A program made the translations under genes and the position numbers. Source: Calcarisporiella thermophila CBS 279.70 (taxonomy: Eukaryota; Fungi; Calcarisporiellomycota). Taken from it: a stretch of 64,000 nucleotides of DNA. Shown one piece after another: positions 12,350 through 24,522 of this stretch; the stretch's first letter is position 1; each line of letters starts with the position of its first letter. Where the stretch lies: positions 122,195 through 186,194 of the forward strand of contig NW_027192224.1 of assembly GCF_041956535.1 (NCBI RefSeq), read 5' to 3'. The notes below the pieces were generated by a model. That model searched no databases, was not told the DNA's origin, and saw only the letters and a list, made by a program, of their open reading frames with translations.

Positions 12350-13644
12350 CGAGATTAAGAAACAAAAGAAGAGTACTAGGCTGCAAGATCCAAAACGAAA
12401 GCAAGGGTGAATCCGGGCAGGGGGGAAGACAAACACAAGGTAGAAAAGAAGCTATGGCGGGTGAATGAGGTGCGGCTCCTCTGTCACTTTATTTTAGTGT
12501 TAAAAATGCGGGGTGGAAGTTACGTAGCGAAGTGTGCAGAGAGAGCTGTTAGAAGAAAAAAATATACACAAAATATTTAGAAACAGAATCTTCTGGCCTT
12601 TCTAGAAGAGGTGTTTGAGTGGTCAGCTCCAAGGCTGTGCATTTCCAACTTGGAAAATTGGCTCCCAGCAAAAATTGCAAGGCCTTCACGTTTGCCAGAG
12701 TGTGTCGACTCCGAATTCCAATATACTCAGCAGAGGCTCCCTCTCTACACTTGCAAAGCCTGGATATAGTTGGAAAAGACTATAGTCTAGCTGCAAACCA
12801 CAATTCACAATGCATGTTGAGAATCCTCACAAAGCAAAATTGTCTTTTCAGTCTTCATGGGCAATGAAATATGCTCATTAGGGAAACTGCTCAAACGGAA
12901 CAATAAAATATACATGTAACGCTCAAAGACAATATTTAGCCATTAATCAGCTAAATTTGAATTCATCTCATGTGCAACTCCTCCAATTTAAAATCTATCC
13001 AACATTCTGGTATGTATAATTGTAATGAATTTCTTTATTCATAAGAAAAATGAGCAGCTTTTGGCCCACAGGTCATGGGGTTGCATTCCACAGCTTTAGC
13101 TTGATCCTAGTTTTCCCACTTACATCGCCGTGCCGAGTAAGATCCACTTGCGACTCCTAATATTAAAAGGCACTCCATCCTGATATAGGTTGATTATCTG
13201 TGCAGCAGTCACGTTGGTCTCGCGTCCATATCGAAGCAAAGTTTACGTGGGAGGGAAAGGCAACTATCCCTGGTCAACATCGATTGATCCCCGAGACTCT
13301 AAGTTGTTTATCGGCTGAATAATTTCCAGAGTCTCGATACCGCCGAAAATCTGATATGCACAAGAAAACTAACCCGCGGACAGATAGTATGTCAGTGTGG
13401 CCTAAATTTCTTATGGATTTTATTATGAAATCTCGTTTGTATTTTCTCCTTCTGTTCCGGCAGTAGATATGGGAATACGTGTGGTTTGGGGATGCTGTAT
13501 TGATCCTGCTGCGCAAGGCCGAAAACCATGCAATATTAATGAACAATCAATGCCAAATAAACCAATTTCTAGAGCCCGACTGCTAAATTCCTATTATTTC
13601 GCGCCAACTTCATAATTATTTAACACGGGCATTTGATACAGACA

Positions 13645-16600
13645 ATGGAACCCCTTAACTTACATGAATGCCGTGAAGATAATCCAACATTTCGCAAGCA
13701 CCTTACATCTTGTGAAGAATCGGTTACACAGCTGGAAACAACCATTAAATCACTTATTAAACTCGCCAGAGCAGGAAATGATATCACAGCCGGTAAGTGT
13801 TGAGACAAGATGAAGGGTACCGAAGACGGTATTAAGCTGATGCTTCATTCATCGTTCATCACACAGAGTTGGGAGCAAAACAGATGCTCTTTGCTGAAGA
13901 ATTGCAGAATTTTGCAGACAAAAGCTCAGATCCACTCATCGGTAAAATTGACTGTAACAGCTTTGGGAGATGATTGCTCACACAACCCTCATCCATCATC
14001 CAGAAAATGCTCTTGGGAAGTTTAGCAAATCACTGCAGGAAGTAGAACGAAGTCGTAAAATGCTGGTGGGTATTGAATAGGTCGAGTTGAATGTCTTCAC
14101 GATTCGCCTAACCTCTAATTCAATAGGAATCACACATCACACACATGTTCATTGATCCACTGGAAGTTTTTGTCAAAGATGAAATATCGCCAACCAAGGT
14201 GACTTTCGCTTTCGTTAAGTGGCCTTTGGTGTATTGGCTAGCTTTAGCTCTTAATTGAACTAGGATTTGAAGAGGAGTTTTGAGCGAGCTAGCGATTCTG
14301 CCGATAATGCTCTCTGGCGCTATATGGCGAAGAAGCCGAGAGATTTGGAGACGATACCCGAAGTAAGCGTGAAAAGATCCCCTTTACGTATTTCGTAAGC
14401 TCCTCTACAACTCCCCTGTTATTCCCATAGGCTGCCCGAGAAGTTGCTGAAGCCAGAAAAGATTTCCACGCCAAATCCATCGAATACTCCATTAAACATA
14501 ATGATCTCCAAGCAAAAACAAAGCACGAATTTCTAGAATACGTAAGCATGTCATGCACTCCTGTTGTCCCTGTCGCAATATACACTTAGTATTTCAATCC
14601 TGCTTTCGGTAGATACTGGCTATGATGTATACATGGTCTTCATTTTATCATCAGGGCTACGAAGCATTGAAAGATTTAGAAACCTACATGCGTAGCGTTA
14701 CTGGTGAATATCCTGATATTTTTGTTTCGTTCGCTTTTGCCTACTTATTCATACCACTCGCTTTGCTCGTTCCTAGAACAACTACAGGTAGCACGCAGCA
14801 AGCATAAAACCAACCTAGCGGAGTATCTTAATTATCAGGAACAGTGTCTTCAAGTGAGGGAGCTCGACATTTTTCTCCTTACCTGGGTCATATACTTAAT
14901 TTGAACTTTTTACTGTTCTTGAAAGGAACCGGTCGAGAGCTACAACCCTTTGCAATCCAATCATCTCACCAAAAAACCCACAGAGGACAACAAAACAAAC
15001 CATCCAGTCATCAAATCCGGCTATCTATTTAAAAAAGGGAATCAGCGAGTCATGCAGACATGGGCTCGGCGGTACTTCTCTATACAGAATGAGATGCTTG
15101 TGTATACTTCACGCGGCAAGGTAAATTTTTATTCTAGAGAGACCCGATTCTCATTTACCTAGCCGTATGTTGTTTATGCTAACCACATGAAACTAGCCAT
15201 CCAAGGATGAGGAACAAACCGCAGCAGTGAATTTACGCTTATGCAATGTAAAGGTTGCAGATCAAGCGGATAGGCGTTTCTGTTTCGAAGTCATTTCACC
15301 CCAGCGGTAACCTCCGCTTAGTCAATCCTTATTGATTGAGCAACCCGCTTACTTCCCCTTCCTCTTCCCCGTTTAGTTCATATCTACTCCAAGCAGAAAA
15401 CGAAGAAGAAATGCACGATTGGATTCAATGTCTTCGAAACGCGACCAAAAACGCCCTCCACTCAGATGCAATCATGGACATCCATACCCCCAACCTCTCG
15501 CCCGATGGCAATGTAATTATATCCTCCTCCATTATGATGTTCTCCCGCCCCTCTAAACTCACGTATGCCCTATCCAAGGAGCTTTTCCCCCCAGGCAGCG
15601 ACCCCTTCACAGGAGCACCCAGTAATGGCAGCAATCGCCAGCACTTGCAACAGATGCGCGAAATGCCGGGCAATGAAATGTGCGCCGATTGTCGTGCTCC
15701 AGGCAAGTGCTCTAGAGCCATTGACACATTTCCCTGTTGATTAAGACCATTTAATTATGATTCTGCTTCTCACGACGTAGATCCCAACTGGGCCAGCACC
15801 AGCTTTGGTGTACTACTCTGCATCGAGTGTTCTGGCATTCATCGCAGCCTTGGAGTCCATGTAAGCAAAATTCGATCCGTCACGCTTGATATATGGGAGC
15901 CGGAGGCGGTGGACGTCATGCTCCAATTGGGGAACACGCGAATCAATTCGATATTTGAGTCAAAGATTCGTAGAGGAGAGAAGGAGCTGTGCATTTCTCC
16001 CGACTCAGACCACTCAGCCAGAGAAGAGTGGATCACTGCCAAGTATGCACGAAAGGAATTCCTCGACACGACCGAGGAGAAAGGAGATGTGGATCAGGTA
16101 GCCTTTGTTTTGCCTCGATGACCCTAGTCCCCAGTTAACCCATTCTGAATTAGAAATTCTGGAGTGCAATTGTAGCAGGCGATTTATTCGACGCCCTAAG
16201 GTATCTTGCCCTGGGGGCCAATATCGACTATTGCAATGCTGCACATAACTCCTCGACAGCTCTCCACCAGGCGGTTTTGCGCGACAACGGGGTGGCGGTG
16301 GAGTTTCTCCTTCAGCGCTTTTGTAAGCCTAATGTGCAAGATGCCGATGGCCGAACCCCCCTTCATCATGCCGCGGCCAATGACAACGTGCGCTTGCTGC
16401 TAATGCTTCTCAAGCGGCAAGCAAAGCCGGATATCACAGATAAAGAGGGGAAAACCGCTCTTGATCTTGCGGTGGAAATGCAGCACCCTCAGCTAGTGAC
16501 GGCACTTCGCTTGTTCACGTTTGATTTGCAGCAACACCACGCCAGCCCCTCCCGCTCGACTGAGTTTGGTTTCAAAGAAGCCATCAGCTCATTTGCCCGA

Positions 16601-16984
16601 GCGTCACTGCAACCCCTACCGCACTACGACTCCCCCTCCGAGGGCCGCTCGGAGATTGTCTCTAGGGCAAGTATGGATTTACGAGGGTCAGGGCGGCCCT
16701 CATCCGCCTCTCCCTCCGCCATGAGATCGGTGTTGACGGACGACCAGAAGATTGTGTCCAAATCAGATATGGACGAACCCGTATCTCCCTCCAGGAGTCG
16801 GGCGAGTCTGCGCTCTATCAAGGACATTCTGACGGGACGTAGGCGGTCCGGATCCGGCATGGCGGAGGAGAATGGCGAGGGAGAGGAGAGGGAGAAGGGG
16901 AAAAGCGGCCTGGATGAGCCCCCAACCCTGCCACCCATCGTGGTTGATGGGGAGGAAGGCATACTTGGGGATTTAAAAGAGTAA
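13645..16984 (+). CDS. BAR-PH-ArfGAP-ankyrin protein (ACAP/centaurin-beta, Csx2/Cnt6-like); about 13 introns including a GC-AG intron
   Basis: Spliced N-terminus EDNPTFRKHL (BAR); PH KSGYLFKK...WARRYF and RRFCFEV; ArfGAP CADC-x16-CIECSGIHRSLG; ankyrin GRTPLHHAA and GKTALDLA. Confidence 0.92.
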
Positions 16985-18387
16985 ATAGAAGTCACCTATT
17001 TTTATCCTGTATTTGAACTATATACTTTTTTTTCATTTTCATTCTGACACTATATACGGAGCTCCACTCCTCCTTTATATATATATACGTTGAGTTTGTA
17101 GTAGAATGTTGGTCAAGCAGGCTCGTTTTCTTTGAATTTTTTTTTTGTTTTATATACTAATTTATAGATCCTCTTGGGATGGATTTTTGATTCTCTCTGA
17201 TAATCCTTGACCCTGTGTTTCTCCCTATTATTCACTAATTCATGATCTAATAAATTGGCCTCACCCATGGGCAAGAAGCAGGATTCTTCGAGGACAGCAG
17301 GTGACTTTGACAGCGCACATCGTGTCGTGCATTCATCATGCTTAAATCAAGCAACTCTAGGCTCTTCCTTTGGATGCTGGCACTCCTAAGCCACCCGCTC
17401 GCAGCTGCAATAAAACCATAAGATGCATGAGGCAACTCAAATTACTTCCCTGGCAAACCCTAGACATCCAGAAAGAGGGTGCGACCTTCATGCAGCTCTG
17501 CAATACCCTTATTTAATCAAATTGGAGTTTTCGGGGATGCATTGGGATCTGGGGAGGACGCTGCACGACCAGCCTTTCTCCCGGAGGTTTATTGAAGCCG
17601 AACACCGCCTGGCAAAGCTCCTCAATTCCCGGTGCGCTCCAGACTGATTTGTACCGCCGGTTGCCTGGGGCAGCTCCTCTGGCCAGGGCTGAGTGGGAAC
17701 CAGACTAGGAGAGGCTCCAGAGTTCGAAGGTGGGGCTTATGTTTAGTGGTGCGGTGGATTGGCTGACTGGGAAGCCCGGAGAGAGGTTTTCGAGCTTAGG
17801 TAAGGGCGGCTGTAGGTTCAAACAAGCTTTGGCTCGAGGAAAGACGGCCGCCCTCCTGGGCCTACCCAATCAGCGCGCCCAACGAATTAGAGCCGGGTCG
17901 GAGAGATTTTCCACGAGGATGGATGAATGGGAAGCGGCCCCCCACCAAGGCTCCGCAAGGCCCCCTTCCCCAAAAAGATTTATTGAGTGGAGATTCCTGG
18001 TGAAAAACACAGATCAAGGCCGATTTGATTGACGGATTGGTTTTATGCGCAGTTGAAAAATTTTTTTCGGCTGCGCATGAAAGCAGTCAACAAAATGCTT
18101 CCACCGCGCCCGGCTCGATCTCCCTTCAAAACTTGTTCTCCCTTGTTCCTCGTTTACTTCCCCTAGCTTCCTCCCTTCTCCTCTTCGACCATTCATTAGT
18201 TCTCCCCTGCCTCCTCATCCTCTACTGCCAGAGCTAGCGTTTCTCAAGGCAATCCTCGTCATTCCCCCACCTCTCGCATTGCGCTCCTCACATTCTTCGA
18301 CTTGGCTTCAGCCGATATCTGCATCCCTCGAAATCCCCGCTTTGATATTCTCATCGCACTGGCCTATTTCATCCTTCATTAGCAGAT

Positions 18388-18756
18388 ATGAACCGCGTTC
18401 ACGTCCGCCATGTCTCCAACCCGGTGCCATTAACCCCGCCTCGCACCTCTGACCCATCAATGTACTTACGCGAGCGCCGTTCTTCCCTCTCTATTTTGCG
18501 CGACACGATAGCGTTCTTCTATCCCCCCTCGCCTCCTTCGTCGACCGCCTCTTCAACCGCCTCATCCCCACGAAAACCGGCCGGAGATGACACCACTTCC
18601 CTGTCATCATCGTTTGATGTGGAGTATGAGTCATTCCCCCCATTCGAAGAGTTTGACGATCCTGCTGGACAGGAGGAGGAGAGGAATGAGGAGACATGGA
18701 AGGTGGAGATGCTTCAAATGGAGTCCTTTGACTCCATAAGTTTTAGCGCTAAATAG
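18388..18756 (+). CDS. Small Ser/Pro-rich disordered hypothetical protein (122 aa)
   Basis: Single ORF with a pyrimidine-rich 5' leader, a CCAAT-containing upstream region and an AT-rich 3' region; no recognisable domain. Confidence 0.6.
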   Translation: MNRVHVRHVSNPVPLTPPRTSDPSMYLRERRSSLSILRDTIAFFYPPSPPSSTASSTASSPRKPAGDDTTSLSSSFDVEYESFPPFEEFDDPAGQEEERNEETWKVEMLQMESFDSISFSAK

Positions 18757-19147
18757 CACCGGCACTATCCAGCCTACAAAAATCCTCCCCCCTCTCATAT
18801 TTTCACTCATTCTGTTTGATATCAACCATCTTTTCTAAAATTTTGTACATTTCCCCCCTCCTATTCTACCCCCATTCACACCTACTTACCCCTTCTCTCC
18901 TTTCATGTTACATTTTCTCTCCTTATTCCGTATCCCCTGATGTAAATACGTGAGTTTTTTTAAACAATCAAAATGCAATACCATACTACTTTATAAAGCT
19001 AATATACTTTCAACGATACTTGAAGTAAGCCTATTTCACTGGTTTTTTATTTCGAATAAAACAATGAGGAAAAGAGATGAAGGACATGGGAGAAAAGAGA
19101 AAACCTAGAGTAGAGCCGCATAACCACTACCTGCGAGCAGGGGGAAA

Positions 19148-20108
19148 CTATGCCACGGGCGAAGTGGCCGAAGCTGTTTTCTCTAGAGGGGAGGGTGATT
19201 CGGGAGTCTCTTCTGGGGTTGGACTGGGTGATTCTGCCATATCTGACGAGTGAAGAGCCGTGGTGGTGTGCTCCGATATTCTTAGTGCAGTGGAGGGTTC
19301 TGGAGAATCTCTATGGATTTCCGCCTGGGGCGCTGCTTGGGGCACTGCTTGCGTCAGAGAACTGACCACTGCCGCCGCTATTGTCTTTGTGAGCTGATGA
19401 GTATGAGCTACTGCGGTTGCCTGTGTTGCTACCTTATACGTGGTGGCGGCAACCTCCTCGCTTCGTCGGCCCCAGAGCATCCATGCAGCCCATCCAAATG
19501 TATGATCCCAGAACCGCCGCTTCAGGATATGCACCACCACCAGTAAGAAGACGAGAAAGCCAAAAAAAATTAGCAATCGGTCTGCCCAGTCTCCCTGCTC
19601 GAGTTTTGTAATTAGCTGGCGGGATGCACGCATGACTCCAGCAAAACCTTGATACTCATGATGGATGGATCGCAGCGATTTGGATGAATCATCTGATTGA
19701 TTTGGAACGCGAATGTTAGAGAGAGGATGGAGGAGGTAGAGTACCATGGGATCAAGATAGAAGAATAAAAGGAGAAAACATTCACCTAGAATCTTTGCAG
19801 AAAGAGCGCCTCGCTCTACTTCTTGCGACATGAGCTGCCGCATCCTTTGTAATGATTCCGTGATATCGGTTGCTTTATTCAGCATCGATTCATCAGCGCT
19901 GTCAAAGTGGTCATTATAATGAAAATTAAGATGAGATAAAGAAGAAAACTGCGAGTAGAGTAGTCGAATACTTTGCAATTCTTCTGTTTCGCAATTCATA
20001 ATCTTGGCCCAGGAGCATTTCACGCTCTAAACGAGCCTGGCGGTCGAGCTGGTGCTTAAGGCGACGACCAGTGGGCTTTTGAGCTGGAGGATGAGTGCGG
20101 GATGCCAT
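19148..20108 (-). CDS. SEC20: Sec20/BNIP1-family ER SNARE; introns 19899-19971 and 19693-19785; about 264 aa, start uncertain
   Basis: DITESLQRMRQLMSQEVERG...SSKSLRSIHHEY...ASRQLITKLEQGDWADRLLIFFG, followed by a TM helix ending KRR and an S/T-rich lumenal tail. Confidence 0.85.
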
Positions 20109-21566
20109 TTTATCGTTAATGGCGTGAATTCAGCTACCAGCAGGAATAACGCGAAGTCCTCTACTCGAGTGATCCCAATTTTTTGAATAGCTGCCAAAAT
20201 AGAAAATCAGATTACAAGAGACTGGGCCTAGAGGAGAGTCGCTATGTCTCTAAATTCATATTGAATATAACTCTCCATAGTCATTTGTCAATCCTAGTAG
20301 CAACCCTAGCAAACGAATAGAGCAATTTCTTCACCCTACACTTGTGATTTTTAGAATGACTTTCAAGACCAAAGGATATTATTTTGACAGCAATATTATT
20401 ATGTTTATTTTGGGGGAGGTCAATTGGCAACGACCGAGCTCTTCGTGTTCACAAGTCGGAAAAAGCGCAATTCTTATCACTCATAGCTTGTTGGCCGTAT
20501 TCACGATATTAGTTCTAGCAAGCATATGCACAACCACTATAGCGGTAGCAAGCAGACACAAATTCTGAAGGTTTTCCCGTAGCTTGAGGGAGGGAATGGG
20601 TGGAGGCCCAGATGATTCTTCGTATGAGTTAAAGGAAGAAGAGGCACGTGGCATAACAAGATCATTGTCGAGCAACGTAAAGGGAGTAAGGACATTGTTG
20701 TTGGCAGAGGGTATAGTTTCGAGTACTGGAGAAGCCAAAGGAGAAGGGCTGTTTGATGGCAAAACTGAGAGAAAGTAAAGAATTAATTTGGTAGCTTCGG
20801 CTTGGAATGGACTTGAGAAACTATCCGCACTCCCACAGAAAATGAGAAAAAGACAAAAATAAGATAAGGGGCATACTTGAAGGTCGACTGCATTGTCCTG
20901 GAGGTGTATGGAAATACTGGTAGATTGTGCGAGGAAGATTTGCAAACAGGACAAGATTGAAGTGAACAAAAAGCTAGTGCAACAGACATTAGATCAGAGT
21001 CAAATACGGAGAGACATTCGCTTTCTATTCACCATGTTGAGCAGGTAAGTTTTATCCTAATTCTCTAATGGTAGATGGGATATCGATATTCTTGGGATGA
21101 AGTGTTACTACGACCTCTATACACATGGACATCCTCATGCGAATATATATAGGGTGACTTTAATTTTCAACAATTCTCAAGCTTTCCTTTGTGATTCGTA
21201 ATATTTCACGGTTTGCAAAAAAAGGGTAAGCGAATGCATTTCACTGGTTCATTTGGAGACGTTAAGATGAAGAGAAAAAAAGAGAGAAAGAGCAGTTCGT
21301 TCCGGGAAACTTTACACGCATAGAAGTTGCATTAAACATAATCTCTAAGGCAATTTTCATTACAATTAAGTTAATGTCCTTTTGAAGGCCGAAATTAGAA
21401 ATAGACTGGCTCCGTGAAAATAAAATAAAATTCAAAGAGCTTAGGAGTATTGTACACGATCTAAAAGAAAAACAAAGTGCAGGGCTAAAAACGATAATAA
21501 ACACTAGAAAAGCACAAGAAATAATAAGAGTTCTAATACATCGGAGGAAATAGAGAACAGCAGCAA

Positions 21567-22845
21567 TTAGTTTAAAATAGGTAAAAAATTTCCTACAATT
21601 GTCAGTGGAATATCAAAAATATCCCGTTTAATCGTAAAGCAGAATGCGCATGGCACAGGTCGACCCGTCTTGTGGATGAGGATGCAGGTGGTCATGACAG
21701 AGGTTTCCACATTGCCTGCAAAAGCGTGCGTTGCAAACTGATTCCAATACTCTACTGCGGAGCGATTATCCATCAATTCGTATATATATGTTTTCTTGCC
21801 AAGAAGCTCCTCTTTGGTGTGTTGGGTAAGAAGAAGGAACTCTTTGCCCACCAGGGCGATTTCGCCAGTGCGACGCCACACTACGGTCGGGGTGCCGGAA
21901 AATCCAATCAGTTTTTCAAGCTCCTACAGCAAGTCAACGTGGGTTAGTTCGACGTCGGGAGAGAAGCAGCATGGAAACCAAACTAGGTGGGCACCCTACC
22001 AGTAGAGTTCGTTGAAACATTTTTTCCATGAATATCAGGTCGGTCTCGGTCAGGTTCATGATCAAGGAGATAAAGGAGGGTCGAATCATGGTCACTGCGC
22101 GACAAATCTGCATCATATCCTCCCGGTTCATTCTAAAGCAAAATGAAGAATGGAAACGGTTGATATAGGCTCACAGATTATTCTAAAGGTGAGATTTACT
22201 TTTCTTGGATGTACTTGATCAAGTAATGAAATCCTTCAGTGTAATTGAATGGTTTGGTTACTCTTCCGTAGATCTGCTCGGGTGCCGCGTTCCTTCCTTT
22301 CTTTTGAGCGCCTGTCCCTCTATTTTCCTCAAAGAGTTTTGCACCTGCCTTCAGATGTAGCATCCACGATGGGTCGAACATGTACATATCTGGAGGGTTT
22401 TTTATAGCAGCGGGTGGAAGCTCCGTCGCAGAGGGATTGGAAAGCATCGTGCTGAGAATGGAGTATTCGAGGTTGAGTGCCTCTGAGTTGAAAGAAAAGT
22501 TTTCAGGAAGTCCAGGAAAGAGGGCCGAGGCTTCTAAAGGTGAAATTCCATTGTAAGGGCCGGTGTCTTGCTGAGCCGGAGGATGTAAGGCGGGCTCTAG
22601 AGCATGGTTGATTTTTCACGTCAAATTCAAATTCCAGAATGGCCTTCTGTCTAAAGTGCAAAGAGACACATACCTGTAGAAGAATCCTGCAGATATTTTG
22701 CCTTTTTACGAACCCCATCCATGCAGGTGCTAGCCAAATCCCGCTTGATGCAGCGTTGGCAGGGGCGGGAATCGTCGCACGTTAGGTGGGCTCTTTGACA
22801 ATGAATACATGCTCTCGAAGTTTTTTTTCTTTTTTGGAGAGTCAT
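21567..22845 (-). CDS. ERT1: Zn2Cys6 + PAS transcription activator of gluconeogenesis (Ert1/AcuK family); 3 introns
   Basis: [25 protein letters not shown]...[12 protein letters not shown]; NLEYSILS; FNYTEGFH; [13 protein letters not shown]; [18 protein letters not shown]. Confidence 0.92.
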
Positions 22846-22993
22846 AGGGGTGCATTCGGTCCTGGGGTGTATTAGAGATGATTTAGAGTGGGAAGAACGA
22901 GATGCTGGTAGTATGAGCGCGATCAAACACGATTCCAATGGGGGAAATGAAAACTATTTTTTAAAGGAGATCGGTAATGCATGTGAAGGTCCT

Positions 22994-23007
22994 TGACGTC
23001 ATCCAAT
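22994..23007. promoter_or_regulatory. Perfect CRE/ATF site TGACGTCA with adjacent CCAAT, upstream of ERT1
   Basis: TGACGTCA at 22994-23001 followed by tCCAAT, about 150 bp upstream of the ATG. Confidence 0.4.
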
Positions 23008-24522
23008 GAAAGATCTCCAGTTCCAACCCCGCAATCAATGCGTATGACATAGAGTGAAGCGCCGATAAGATAGCTTGAAGATGGATTATCGCGTGTATAT
23101 AGGCAAATACTTGTGAAATATTGGCTCTCCTTTAGCGTTATCAGTAATTATAGCGATGGTCTGAAAAAGCATTCAAGCTATTCAGTCGATAAAGGACATA
23201 TATAAATGTATTTTCTCTAACTATCAGTTCAATTTAAGATGGTTAAAGTGCAATTAAACTTAACTGTTCTTAATAGCTCATTATGTGATTAGGATATGTT
23301 TTAGCGAGGATTGGATGAATTGAATCGTAGTATATTCTTTCGCTGCTATTGCACAGAATATTTTTAATTTACAATGTTTAGTAAGGGAGTTAAATATCTT
23401 GTGAGGAGGTTTTGTTAAGGATTGTGGAGCCATTTTCGGAGCCAATGTGGAGATACGCAACTCTCTAAGTCTAACGTGTACCCTTTCTTGTAGCTTGATC
23501 GCAATGTCATATCAACCATTGTTCAAGGCACCGGCGTGTCCTAAGTAATATAGTAAAGATGTGTATCCCAAGTTATTTTAGGATGCAAAATAAAAGGGGA
23601 AATAAGAATAGTGATTAGCACGTTCAGCTCAGTATATTAAATCAAATAACGAATACATTGGAAAAATGAATCGTAACGCTCTTTTATTAGTAGAGCTGTG
23701 ATTTTATAGATTTTAAGCGTTTAGTGATGTGATACTTGTGTTCTTTTTCCACGCTGAAAGAACATTGCATATGCAGAGTGAAATATTTAATATATCAAAC
23801 CACAGTTTCTCTAGTGTGAGTGTATGTGATAGCAAAATAGGACTATCTTCTTTAGATAAAGGAATTAATGTTTATTTCACATGCCACCCATTTCGATCTA
23901 CACGTAGATGCCGGCTGCTAAGAACAGAAATAGTGTGCCAAACCCGAGAAGTAGAGAGCTTGGGACTGCAGCTGAGATTTCTTTCGCGAAAGATGCCTTT
24001 GTCGATTGGCTGATGGCACGTAAAAAAAAGGATAGAGATGGTTGATTAAGTAAAATGGTATATACATAAGGCAAGGGATATCTATGTTCACTTACACGCC
24101 AAAATTAGCGGCAGCAAGGAATCCGCCAATGAAGAGCAGCAGGGCGAGATAGGGAAATGTCCAACTGGGAACTGGCTCTCTAAAGGGAACTGCTTCCAGC
24201 CAATCAGACTAATTATGATCAAAAAGCAGCATCGTGGGTTAATGGATCATGATTTCCTAAATAATTGCGAATTTATTATGCGTACATGTAGACTCATCGC
24301 GACCAAAATGGATTTTAAACTGAGGGTGCAAAAAGTTATAGCTATCAAAAATGCTAAATTGGATGGGGCCGCAGCACGTGGATGATTTCGCCCGAGGTTT
24401 TGATAGAACGCGATGCTTACTTCTCTTGATCGCTAAATTAAATCCCCCATTCACTCCCCTCGCTGAAATCATTTAGGCACACAAAACTGTTCGCTGGAAC
24501 AGATTAGTTGCATATATTGTTT

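Noticed and set aside
12585-12608. Possible heat-shock element upstream of the HSF-type gene (autoregulation)
   Set aside because: The two nGAAn pairs are out of register by one base, so this is not a three-unit HSE.
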